A DNA stretch of 64,000 nucleotides from Acidimicrobiia bacterium (GTDB lineage: Bacteria > Actinomycetota > Acidimicrobiia > Spongiisociales > UBA5794): positions 51,810-115,809 of the forward strand of contig JALSQW010000012.1 of NCBI GenBank assembly GCA_026985095.1. The letters run 5' to 3'. Position 1 is the stretch's first letter, and every line of letters starts with the position of its first letter. The position numbers and the translations under genes are program-made. This document shows positions 56,678 to 64,000 of the stretch, one piece after another. Under the pieces are notes generated by a model, which did no database searches, was not told where the DNA came from, and worked only from the letters and a program-made list of their open reading frames with translations.

Positions 56678-58324
56678 GTGAAGCTCATCGAGTGTGTCCC
56701 CAACTTCTCCGAGGGCCGCGACCGGACCGTGATCGATGCGATCGTGGCGGCGATCGACGCCGTCGACGGCGTCGACGTCCTCGACGTCGATCCGGGCGAG
56801 GCGACGAACCGCACGGTGGTCACCTTCGCCGGGGCGCCCGCGGCGGTCGAGGAGGCAGCCCTGGCCGGGATGGCGACCGCCGCCGAGCTCATCGACATGC
56901 GACACCACCGCGGTGAGCATCCGCGGATGGGCGCCACCGACGTCTGCCCCTTCGTGCCGTTGGAGGACGCCACCATGGACGACGCCATCGCCCTCGCCCG
57001 CCGGGTGGCCGAGCGGGCCGGGGCGGAGCTGGGCATCCCCATCTACCTCTACGAGTACGCCGCCCCCGAGGGGCGTCGGTCCCTCGCCGAGGTTCGCCGG
57101 GGCGAGTACGAGGGCCTCGCCGGCCGGCAGGACGCCCCGGACTTCGGTCCGCGGTGGAACGAGCGTTCCGGGGCGACGGCGGTGGGGGCGCGCCCGTTCC
57201 TCATCGCCTACAACGTGAACCTGAACACGAAGGACCGGCGTCTCGCCCACCAGGTGGCCCAGGCGATCCGCACCCTGGGGACGCCGGTGCGGGACGCCGA
57301 GGGCAAGATCGTGAAGGACGAGCACGGCAAGACCGTCTTCGAGCCGGGTCGCTTCGAGGAGGTGAAGGCCGTGGGGTGGTACATCGACGAGTACGACCGA
57401 GCCCAGGTGTCGATCAACCTCACGGACTTCCACGTCTCGCCGATGCACGCCGTGTTCGACGCCTGCCGCCAAGAGGCCGCGGCTCGGGGGATGCGGGTCA
57501 CCGGTTCGGAGGTCGTCGGGCTCGTGCCGCTGGAGGCGATGCTGATGGCGGGCGACCACTACCTGCGTGCGCAGGGCACGACCACCGGCGTGCCCGAGGC
57601 CGAGCGGGTGAGGACCGCGATCGTGTCGCTGGGCCTGGAGGAGCTCGGCCCCTTCGAGCCGGGACGGAAGATCGTCGAGTACCGCCTCCGCGGCGAACCG
57701 GGGAGGCTCGGGAGCATGCCGCTCGGTGACCTGGTCGATGCCGTGTCCGAGGCCACGCCGACGCCGGGCGGCGGGAGCGTGGCGGCGGCGGTCGGAGCCC
57801 TGGGGGCGGCGTTGACGTCGATGGTGGCGGGCCTCACCCACGCCAAGAGGGGGATGGAGGACCGGCGGGAGACGATGGAGGACCTGGGACGTCGAGCCCA
57901 GGAGCTGAAGGACCGGCTGCTGCGGGCGGTCGACGAGGACACGACGGCCTTCGAGGCGGTCCTCACGGCGATCCGCATGCCGAAACGGACCGACGAGGAC
58001 CGGGACGCCAGGACCCAGGCGATGGCAGAAGCGAACCTGCGGGCCACGACCGTTCCCCTCGAGGTGATGGAGACCGCCGTCGAGGTCCTCGAGTTGGCGC
58101 GCACCACGGTGGAGCTGGGGAACCCGTCGTCGGTGACCGACGCCGCGGTCGGCGCCGAGTGTGCGGCGACGGCCGTCGAGGGCGCGTCCATGAACGTCCG
58201 GGTCAACCTGCAGGGCCTCGACGGCGACACCACCGGGATGCGGGAACGCCACGATCGGGCCCTGACACGGGCCCGCTCGCTGCTGGCGGCGATCCGCGAG
58301 ACGGTGGACGATCGCCTGGGCTGA
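56678..58324 (+). CDS. Fused glutamate formimidoyltransferase / formimidoyl-THF cyclodeaminase (FTCD-like)
   Basis: ORF track, 548 aa, GTG after GGAGG. N-terminal KLIECVPNFSEGRD (formiminotransferase). C-terminal ..TPTPGGGSVAAAVGALGAALTSMVAGLT.. (cyclodeaminase). Confidence 0.85.
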   Translation: MKLIECVPNFSEGRDRTVIDAIVAAIDAVDGVDVLDVDPGEATNRTVVTFAGAPAAVEEAALAGMATAAELIDMRHHRGEHPRMGATDVCPFVPLEDATMDDAIALARRVAERAGAELGIPIYLYEYAAPEGRRSLAEVRRGEYEGLAGRQDAPDFGPRWNERSGATAVGARPFLIAYNVNLNTKDRRLAHQVAQAIRTLGTPVRDAEGKIVKDEHGKTVFEPGRFEEVKAVGWYIDEYDRAQVSINLTDFHVSPMHAVFDACRQEAAARGMRVTGSEVVGLVPLEAMLMAGDHYLRAQGTTTGVPEAERVRTAIVSLGLEELGPFEPGRKIVEYRLRGEPGRLGSMPLGDLVDAVSEATPTPGGGSVAAAVGALGAALTSMVAGLTHAKRGMEDRRETMEDLGRRAQELKDRLLRAVDEDTTAFEAVLTAIRMPKRTDEDRDARTQAMAEANLRATTVPLEVMETAVEVLELARTTVELGNPSSVTDAAVGAECAATAVEGASMNVRVNLQGLDGDTTGMRERHDRALTRARSLLAAIRETVDDRLG

Positions 58325-58455
58325 GGGTGATGTCCCGGATGACGGTCGTGGTCGTTCGGGTGATCGGATCGGCACCATCCACTTCTGGTGGGATCTGATC
58401 TCCCCGAGGTACGTGCATCGACAGCGAGTGTGTACCGTGGTGATGTGCACGGCCG

Positions 58456-59055
58456 ATGACGGAAGGGACGGCACCCATGGTTGACGGGCGACGACGGAGC
58501 CCCGGCCCGCTCCGGTGGTTGGCGATCGTCGGGATCGTCCTGCTGATCATGGGAGCCGCCAGAGCCGGCGTTCCAGGCGTCGGTGAGGTCGGCGATCCGG
58601 ATGATCCCTTCGACCTGACCGCCGAGGGCAGGTCGTGCATGCAGCGGCAGGGCTTCGACGCCCACACCCTGCGCTTCTCGGCGGGCCGCGATGGTCGCGT
58701 CGGGTTCAACTCCACCGCCACCGACGACCTCCGGACGCTCGATCCGATCGTGCCCCGCATCGACGGGACAAAAGGAGGCGCCCAGGAGGCGCTGGATCGA
58801 TGCCTGGCCGAGCTGCGCCCCGTCGCCGAGTCGCTGGCACCGTCCGTCGTCGCGGTGGATCCGTCCGTGGTCGCCGCCGTCGAGGATTGCCTCGCCTCGG
58901 GACCCTATGGCGACCTCCTCACGGACGTGCGGGTGAGGGCCTGGGACGACGGCACGATGAGCGTCGGCACGTCCCACCCCGACCTGGACGCCACGACCCA
59001 GGCGGGTCTCGACGCCGAGGTCCGGCGTTGCTTCCCCGTCGAGCTGGGCGACTGA
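58456..59055 (+). CDS. Hypothetical secreted/anchored protein
   Basis: ORF track, 199 aa. One N-terminal hydrophobic helix (LRWLAIVGIVLLIMGAA) and four Cys. No family recognised. Confidence 0.45.
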   Translation: MTEGTAPMVDGRRRSPGPLRWLAIVGIVLLIMGAARAGVPGVGEVGDPDDPFDLTAEGRSCMQRQGFDAHTLRFSAGRDGRVGFNSTATDDLRTLDPIVPRIDGTKGGAQEALDRCLAELRPVAESLAPSVVAVDPSVVAAVEDCLASGPYGDLLTDVRVRAWDDGTMSVGTSHPDLDATTQAGLDAEVRRCFPVELGD

Positions 59056-59339
59056 CCCGCGCCGGGCGCGCCCCGATCCCGGCCGCACGGCGCTCGGATT
59101 CTGTCGGTGGCGGAAGGTACCTGTTCGATGGCCGCCTCCCCTGGCGTGCGCCGTTCGATGGGCCGAGCCTCGGCGAACCGGGCGACGCGGGATCGGGAGC
59201 CGGAGCCGCCGACCCGGCCTCCGATCCGCCGTTGGGGAACGGCGCCGAGGATCGGCGCACCGAGGCGGTCCCGGGGACGAGACGCGTCGTCCCCGATGCC
59301 GGGCCAGGCGCGGACTCCCGGCTCTCCGACCTGGCGGAG

Positions 59340-59954
59340 ATGCCCTACGGCGGGTTCCTCTCGGCGGCGCTGTCGACGCTGGGCGAAGCCGACCGCACCG
59401 GCACCGAGCGACTGGAGGCGATGCGGGGGTGGGTCCGGCTCGTCGCCTACGCCGAGAGCCGGCTGTTCACCACGATGGCGTCCATCGTCGACGCCGTCGT
59501 CGAGGATCAGGCGATCGACCTGGACCGACCGACCGGGCTCGGCGAAGCAGCCGAGTCGGTCGAGATCGCTGCCACGCTCCACCTCACCCGACGCGCCGCC
59601 GAACACGACCTCGAGTTCGCGCTCGGGCGCAGACGTCGTCTCCCCGCCCTCGAGCACGGCCGACTCGACCGCCGACGTGCCACCGTGTTCCTCCGAGGAA
59701 CGGCCACCTGTCGGTCCGTGTTCCCCGGGTGCCGCATGCCGGCGGTCGACTGCGACCTCGACCACACCAGACCGTGGGCCGAAGGCGGGCGTACAGCGCC
59801 GGGGAACCTGCAACCGCTCTGCCGCCATCACCACGTCCGTCATCACCGCGGGCGGCGATACGTCCTGCTCGACGACGGTCGCACCCGCTGGCCCAGTCCC
59901 CTCGGCCGGGTGACCGACGTCTTCGCCGACGCCACCAGCCGACCTCCCCCATGA
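59340..59954 (+). CDS. HNH endonuclease, truncated DUF222/REP13E12-like
   Basis: In track ORF 58635-59954. HNH core CDLDHTRPWAEGGRTAPGNLQPLCRHHHVRHH. The DUF222-like N-part is ..LAEMPYGGFLSAAL..RLEAMRGWVRLVAYAES.. The true start may lie upstream (non-ATG) within 59100-59339. It is far shorter than typical family members. Confidence 0.65.
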   Translation: MPYGGFLSAALSTLGEADRTGTERLEAMRGWVRLVAYAESRLFTTMASIVDAVVEDQAIDLDRPTGLGEAAESVEIAATLHLTRRAAEHDLEFALGRRRRLPALEHGRLDRRRATVFLRGTATCRSVFPGCRMPAVDCDLDHTRPWAEGGRTAPGNLQPLCRHHHVRHHRGRRYVLLDDGRTRWPSPLGRVTDVFADATSRPPP

Positions 59955-60036
59955 CCGAGCAGGCAGGGGCCCGACCCGGCCGGGAGCGACCCCAGGTCTG
60001 TTAGACATCGGGCATGGAACCGACCCCTCTCCAGCG

Positions 60037-60939
60037 ATGAGCGAGCATCGCCGCGGCGTCTGGTACGCCCTCGGCGCGTACGTGTTCTGGGGCGTCACCC
60101 CGATCTTCTGGAACCTGCTCCACGGGGTTCCCGCCCCCGAGATGCTGGCCCACCGGATCGTCTGGTCGATCCCGCTCCTCGTCGGCGTCGTCACCGTCCG
60201 ACGGCGCTGGTCCGTGATCCGCCGGGTCTTCTCGTCCCCGCAGACGGCTCGCACCGCGGCCGTCGCCGGCGGCCTCCTCGCGGTCAACTGGGGCCTGTAC
60301 GTGTGGGCCGTCACCTCCGGCCACATCGTCGACGCCAGCCTCGGCTACTACATCAACCCGCTCGTCTCGGTCGCCCTCGGGGTCATCGTGCTGCACGAGC
60401 GCCTCCGCGCCGCCCAGAAGGCGGCCGTCGCCATCGCCGCGGTCGGCGTTGCCGGCATGGCCGTGATGCTCGGCGTGGTCCCCTGGATCTCCCTCACGCT
60501 CGCCTTCTCCTTCGGCTTCTACGGGCTCCTCAAGAAGGGCGACGCCGCGGCGCCGCCCCTGGAAGGTCTCCTCGGCGAGACCACCGTCCTCGCCCTCCCT
60601 GCCCTGGCCTACCTCGGGTACCTCTCGGTTCGCGCCGACGCGAGCTTCGGCTCCGACCTCCAGCTCTCCGTGTCGCTCGTCGCCGCCGGAGCCGTCACCG
60701 TCTTCCCGCTGCTGCTGTTCGGCGCCGCCGCCCAACGGATCCCCCTCTCGATGGTCGGGCTCCTCCAGTACATCGCCCCCAGCCTGCAACTCGTCGTCGG
60801 CATCTGGCTGTACGGCGAGACGATGGGCACGGCCGACCTCTTCGGCTTCGCCACCGTGTGGATCGCCCTCGCCCTCTACTCGATCGACAACGTCCGCGCC
60901 GGACGTCTCGCCGCCGCCGAAGCCCCGGCGCTGAGCTGA
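60037..60939 (+). CDS. rarD: EamA-family transporter RarD
   Basis: ORF track, 300 aa. ..GVWYALGAYVFWGVTPIFW.. and ..GYYINPLVSVALGV.. RarD signatures. About 10 TM helices. Confidence 0.85.
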   Translation: MSEHRRGVWYALGAYVFWGVTPIFWNLLHGVPAPEMLAHRIVWSIPLLVGVVTVRRRWSVIRRVFSSPQTARTAAVAGGLLAVNWGLYVWAVTSGHIVDASLGYYINPLVSVALGVIVLHERLRAAQKAAVAIAAVGVAGMAVMLGVVPWISLTLAFSFGFYGLLKKGDAAAPPLEGLLGETTVLALPALAYLGYLSVRADASFGSDLQLSVSLVAAGAVTVFPLLLFGAAAQRIPLSMVGLLQYIAPSLQLVVGIWLYGETMGTADLFGFATVWIALALYSIDNVRAGRLAAAEAPALS

Positions 60940-60981
60940 CGGGGGCTCCGATCCGCGTGGTCCTGGTCGACGGCGGCGGTC

Positions 60982-61725
60982 TCACCCCACCCGCAGCACG
61001 TCGCCGGAAGCGAAGATCGGGCCCACGTCGATCCTCAACGATCGGCGGTACAGCTCCGGAGGCACGCCGATGTCGGCCAGATACAGCTCGCCGACACATG
61101 CCGCCGCGTCCCCGGCCCGCAAGCCGCGCTTCGGCATCGCCAAGGTGAGGGTCGCCGTGGCGCGAACCGCCGGATCGTGAACGACTCCCGAAGCCGAGTC
61201 GACCCCCGACGGCACATCGAGGGACACGACCGGGGCGGCGCTCCGTGCGATGGCGGAGATGGCGGACGCGGCGGCATCCTTCGGGGCGCCACGGAGGCCG
61301 TACCCGATCACGCCGTCGAGGACGAGATCCGGCTTCGGGAGACCGACGATGTCGCTCTCCCGCCGCACGTCGACGGCGAGACGGTCGAGGATCTCGAGCT
61401 GCCGGCGCGGAACCTCGGTGAACCGATCCCGCTCCGCGGTGGTGACGACGTGGACGGCCGCCCCCCACCCATGCAGCCGCCGCGCAGCCACCAGTGCGCC
61501 ACCGCCGTTGCCCCCGGGACCGGCGACGACGAGCACGCGGGCTCCGACCGGTGACGGATCGAGGAACCGTCGGGACGCCAGCAGCGCCAGCGCCCGCCCG
61601 GCGTTCTCCATCATCCGGGTCAGATCGATGCGATAGTCCTCGATCATCGCCCGGTCGACCTCGACCATCTGCGTGGTCGTCAACCAGGGCATCGCATCGG
61701 CGGGGATTGTCGGGAACGCGTTCAC
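60982..61725 (-). CDS. NAD(P)H-hydrate epimerase (YjeF N-terminal domain only)
   Basis: ORF track, 247 aa. ..LMENAGRAL.. and ..VVAGPGGNGGGALVAARRL.. motifs. Confidence 0.8.
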   Translation of the reverse strand: MNAFPTIPADAMPWLTTTQMVEVDRAMIEDYRIDLTRMMENAGRALALLASRRFLDPSPVGARVLVVAGPGGNGGGALVAARRLHGWGAAVHVVTTAERDRFTEVPRRQLEILDRLAVDVRRESDIVGLPKPDLVLDGVIGYGLRGAPKDAAASAISAIARSAAPVVSLDVPSGVDSASGVVHDPAVRATATLTLAMPKRGLRAGDAAACVGELYLADIGVPPELYRRSLRIDVGPIFASGDVLRVG

Positions 61726-61820
61726 GCGCGAGAGCCTACGGGAACCGTCGCCCGACGCCGGCGAGGATGCGGGGTCGACGATGGAGCGGAAGCGGCCGGC
61801 GGTATCCTGCCCTCGAAGCG

Positions 61821-62642
61821 ATGAGGGCGGCGACCGTGGACCTCCGGACGCACGAGACCGACCGGACCGCCCTTCGGGGTCTGGCCGTCTTCTACCTCCT
61901 GGCCTTCGCCGTCTCGTGGGCCGGGAGGATCCCCCTCGCCCTCGACGCCGCCGGTCGGATCTCCCTCCCGCCCGTCGTGATCATCCCGGCGTTCCTCCTC
62001 GGGGGCGCCGCACCCACGATCGCCGCCGTCGCCGCCCTCGTCGTCACCCGGGAACGGCAGAACCTCCTCGCCGGTCTGAGACGGTGGCGCCTCGGGGCCA
62101 GATGGTGGCTGGCCACGCTCGGCATCCCGGTGCTGACGACCGTGACCGCCGGGATCCTCGACGCTCCAAGGAGCGGCCCCGCCGTCGCCACACTGGCGAT
62201 GCTGCCCGCGGTCTTCGCCACGATGGTCGTCTCGTACGTGTGGGAGGAGATCGGCTGGCGCGGGTACGCCCTCCCCCGGATGGAACGCTTCATGCCGGCG
62301 CTGGCGGCCGCCGCCGTCATGGGTCTCCTCGCCTTCCTCTGGCACCTGCCGCTGCTGTTGGATCCCGACGTTCCCGGCGGCTCGACGGCCGAGGCGGCCG
62401 TCTTCTCGATCGCCTTCGCCGTGATCGTGACCTGGCTGTTCCACAACACCGGCGGGTCCCTCGTAGCGGCGACCACGTTCCATGCGGCCTTCAACACGAT
62501 GGCCGCCTACCAGCTCGACACCTTCGGTGCAGCCGGGTTCGCACGTCAACAGCTCGCCGTGGTGGCGGTCACCACGATCGTCGCGATCGGCGTGGCGCTC
62601 CGGTACGGTCCCGGTCTCGTCCGGGATGCGACCGGCCGCTAG
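61821..62642 (+). CDS. CPBP-family intramembrane glutamic endopeptidase (CAAX protease-like)
   Basis: In track ORF 61494-62642, ATG at 61821. Motif 1 ..VWEEIGWRGY.., motif 2 ..FLWHLP.., motif 3 ..FHAAFNT.. Confidence 0.8.
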   Translation: MRAATVDLRTHETDRTALRGLAVFYLLAFAVSWAGRIPLALDAAGRISLPPVVIIPAFLLGGAAPTIAAVAALVVTRERQNLLAGLRRWRLGARWWLATLGIPVLTTVTAGILDAPRSGPAVATLAMLPAVFATMVVSYVWEEIGWRGYALPRMERFMPALAAAAVMGLLAFLWHLPLLLDPDVPGGSTAEAAVFSIAFAVIVTWLFHNTGGSLVAATTFHAAFNTMAAYQLDTFGAAGFARQQLAVVAVTTIVAIGVALRYGPGLVRDATGR

Positions 62643-62653
62643 CCTCGGCGACC

Positions 62654-64000
62654 ATGCCCCGCGACCCTCGATTCGACGTCCTGTTCGAACCCGTCCCCAT
62701 CGGCCCGGTCGTGGCCAGGAACCGCTTCTTCCAGGTCCCTCACTGCAACGGTATGGGCTACCGAGACCCGTCGATGCTGGCCGCCATGCGCGGCGTGAAG
62801 GCCGAAGGCGGATGGGCGGTCGTAGCCACCGAGGAGGTCGAGATCCACCCGTCGTCGGAGATCGCGCCCTACGTCGAAGGGCGCCTGTGGGACGACCGGG
62901 ACGTTCCCGCCCACCGGCTCGTCACCGACGCCGTCCACGCCCACGGGTCGCTGGCAGCGATCGAGTTCGTACACCATGGACTGTCGTCGCCGAACCTGTA
63001 CACCCGCATCCCGCCGGTGGGCCCGAGCCCCCTACCGGTCGTCGGATGGGACGCGCCCGTCCAGGCGAGAGCGATGACCCTCGACGACATCGAGGCTCTC
63101 CGGCGATGGCACCGCGAAGCCACCGAACGGGCCATCGCCGCCGGATACGACATCGTGTACGTCTACGCCGGCCATGGCCTGTCCACCTTCCAGCACTTCT
63201 TGTCGCCCCGGCACAACCAGCGGACCGACGCGTACGGCGGGTCCTTGGAGAACCGTGTACGGCTCCTGCGGGAAGTGCTGGAGGACACCAGGGAGGTCGC
63301 CGCCGGCCGGGCAGCGGTGGCGTGCCGCATCTCGGTCGCCGAGATGACCGCCGACGGCTATGACGTCGACGACATCCGCCGGGTCATGGGCCTCGTCGGC
63401 GAGCTGCCCGACGTCTGGGACCTCATGGTCGGCCGGTGGGAGCACGACTCGGTGACCTCCCGGTTCGGCGCCGAGGGGTATCAGGAGGAGCTCGTCCGCG
63501 GACTGAAGCAACTCACCTCGAAGCCGGTCGTCGGGGTCGGCCGCTTCACCTCGCCCGAGACGATGCTGCGCATGGTCCGCGACGGCGTTCTCGATTTCAT
63601 CGGAGCGGCCCGCCCCTCGATCGCCGACCCGTTCCTGCCCACCAAGGTCGCCGAGGGGCGCCTCGACGAGATCCGCGAGTGCATCGGCTGCAACATCTGC
63701 GTGACCGGCGACTGGACGATGAGTCCGATCCGCTGCACCCAGAACCCGTCCATGGGCGAGGAGTGGCGCCGCCGATGGCATCCGGAGCGCTCGGCGCCCG
63801 CGAAGTCCCCCGGCAAGGTCCTGGTGGTCGGTGGCGGGCCCGCCGGGCTCGAGGCGGCGATGATCGCCGGCCGGAAGGGCCATGACGTCGTGTTGGTCGA
63901 AGCGACCCGCACGCTCGGTGGAAGGGTGGGCCGGGAAGCGGCGCTCCCCGGCCTCGCCGCCTGGCGACGGGTCGTCGACTATCGCCTCGGCCGGATCGAC
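62654..64000 (+). CDS. Old-Yellow-Enzyme-fold FMN / 4Fe-4S / FAD oxidoreductase (2,4-dienoyl-CoA reductase or tri/dimethylamine dehydrogenase-like); 3' end runs off the window
   Basis: My own translation; not in the track because there is no stop in the window. MPRDPRFDVLFEPVPIGPVVARNRFFQVPHCNG.., ..RTDAYGGSLENR.., the Cys cluster ECIGCNICV...IRCTQN, then the dinucleotide motif VLVVGGGPAGLEAA. Confidence 0.85.
   Translation, partial: MPRDPRFDVLFEPVPIGPVVARNRFFQVPHCNGMGYRDPSMLAAMRGVKAEGGWAVVATEEVEIHPSSEIAPYVEGRLWDDRDVPAHRLVTDAVHAHGSLAAIEFVHHGLSSPNLYTRIPPVGPSPLPVVGWDAPVQARAMTLDDIEALRRWHREATERAIAAGYDIVYVYAGHGLSTFQHFLSPRHNQRTDAYGGSLENRVRLLREVLEDTREVAAGRAAVACRISVAEMTADGYDVDDIRRVMGLVGELPDVWDLMVGRWEHDSVTSRFGAEGYQEELVRGLKQLTSKPVVGVGRFTSPETMLRMVRDGVLDFIGAARPSIADPFLPTKVAEGRLDEIRECIGCNICVTGDWTMSPIRCTQNPSMGEEWRRRWHPERSAPAKSPGKVLVVGGGPAGLEAAMIAGRKGHDVVLVEATRTLGGRVGREAALPGLAAWRRVVDYRLGRID

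Overview
Very GC-rich (about 70% G+C by eye), densely packed chromosomal segment. Gene content and order point to an actinobacterium: argS-lysA-hom-thrC-rho, a WhiB-family gene, DUF3107, LCP proteins, Ku and CrcB/DUF190. An Acidimicrobiia-like origin is only a guess. I call about 60 protein genes and one tRNA-Arg(CCG). I found no rRNA, CRISPR array, transposase, integrase or prophage. Most of the window is housekeeping: Thr/Lys/Ser biosynthesis, aconitase, bcp-galU-tal-pgi-zwf, lutABC, rlmN and rho. Many of the very long ORFs in the track are wrong-frame or antisense artefacts of the GC content and are rejected. Findings worth a second look, in rough order of interest: (1) An AhpD/CMD-family peroxidase-related gene (13226-13780) is split in the ORF track by an in-frame TGA. 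The TGA sits at the second Cys of the catalytic CxxC motif and is followed by a SECIS-like hairpin with a GGTCT loop, so this is a candidate selenoprotein. (2) Two perfect TGTGA-N6-TCACA (CRP-type) boxes lie 22 bp apart just upstream of a WhiB1-like gene, which moves that gene's start codon. (3) A 552-nt structured stretch with no credible gene (22259-22810) is the only large unexplained gap. It lies upstream of a DUF5317 / dual HD-GYP membrane module. (4) The conserved argS-lysA-hom-thrC-(thrB)-rho block lacks thrB and is interrupted by an opposite-strand tandem pair of Wzy/O-antigen-ligase-like genes, the second with an internal deletion. (5) A Puu-like gamma-glutamylation catabolic cluster has an SDR in place of the oxidase. 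I did not find a convincing new multi-gene system such as a defence island. The claims above are the best supported, and all need database or genome-context checks that I cannot run here.
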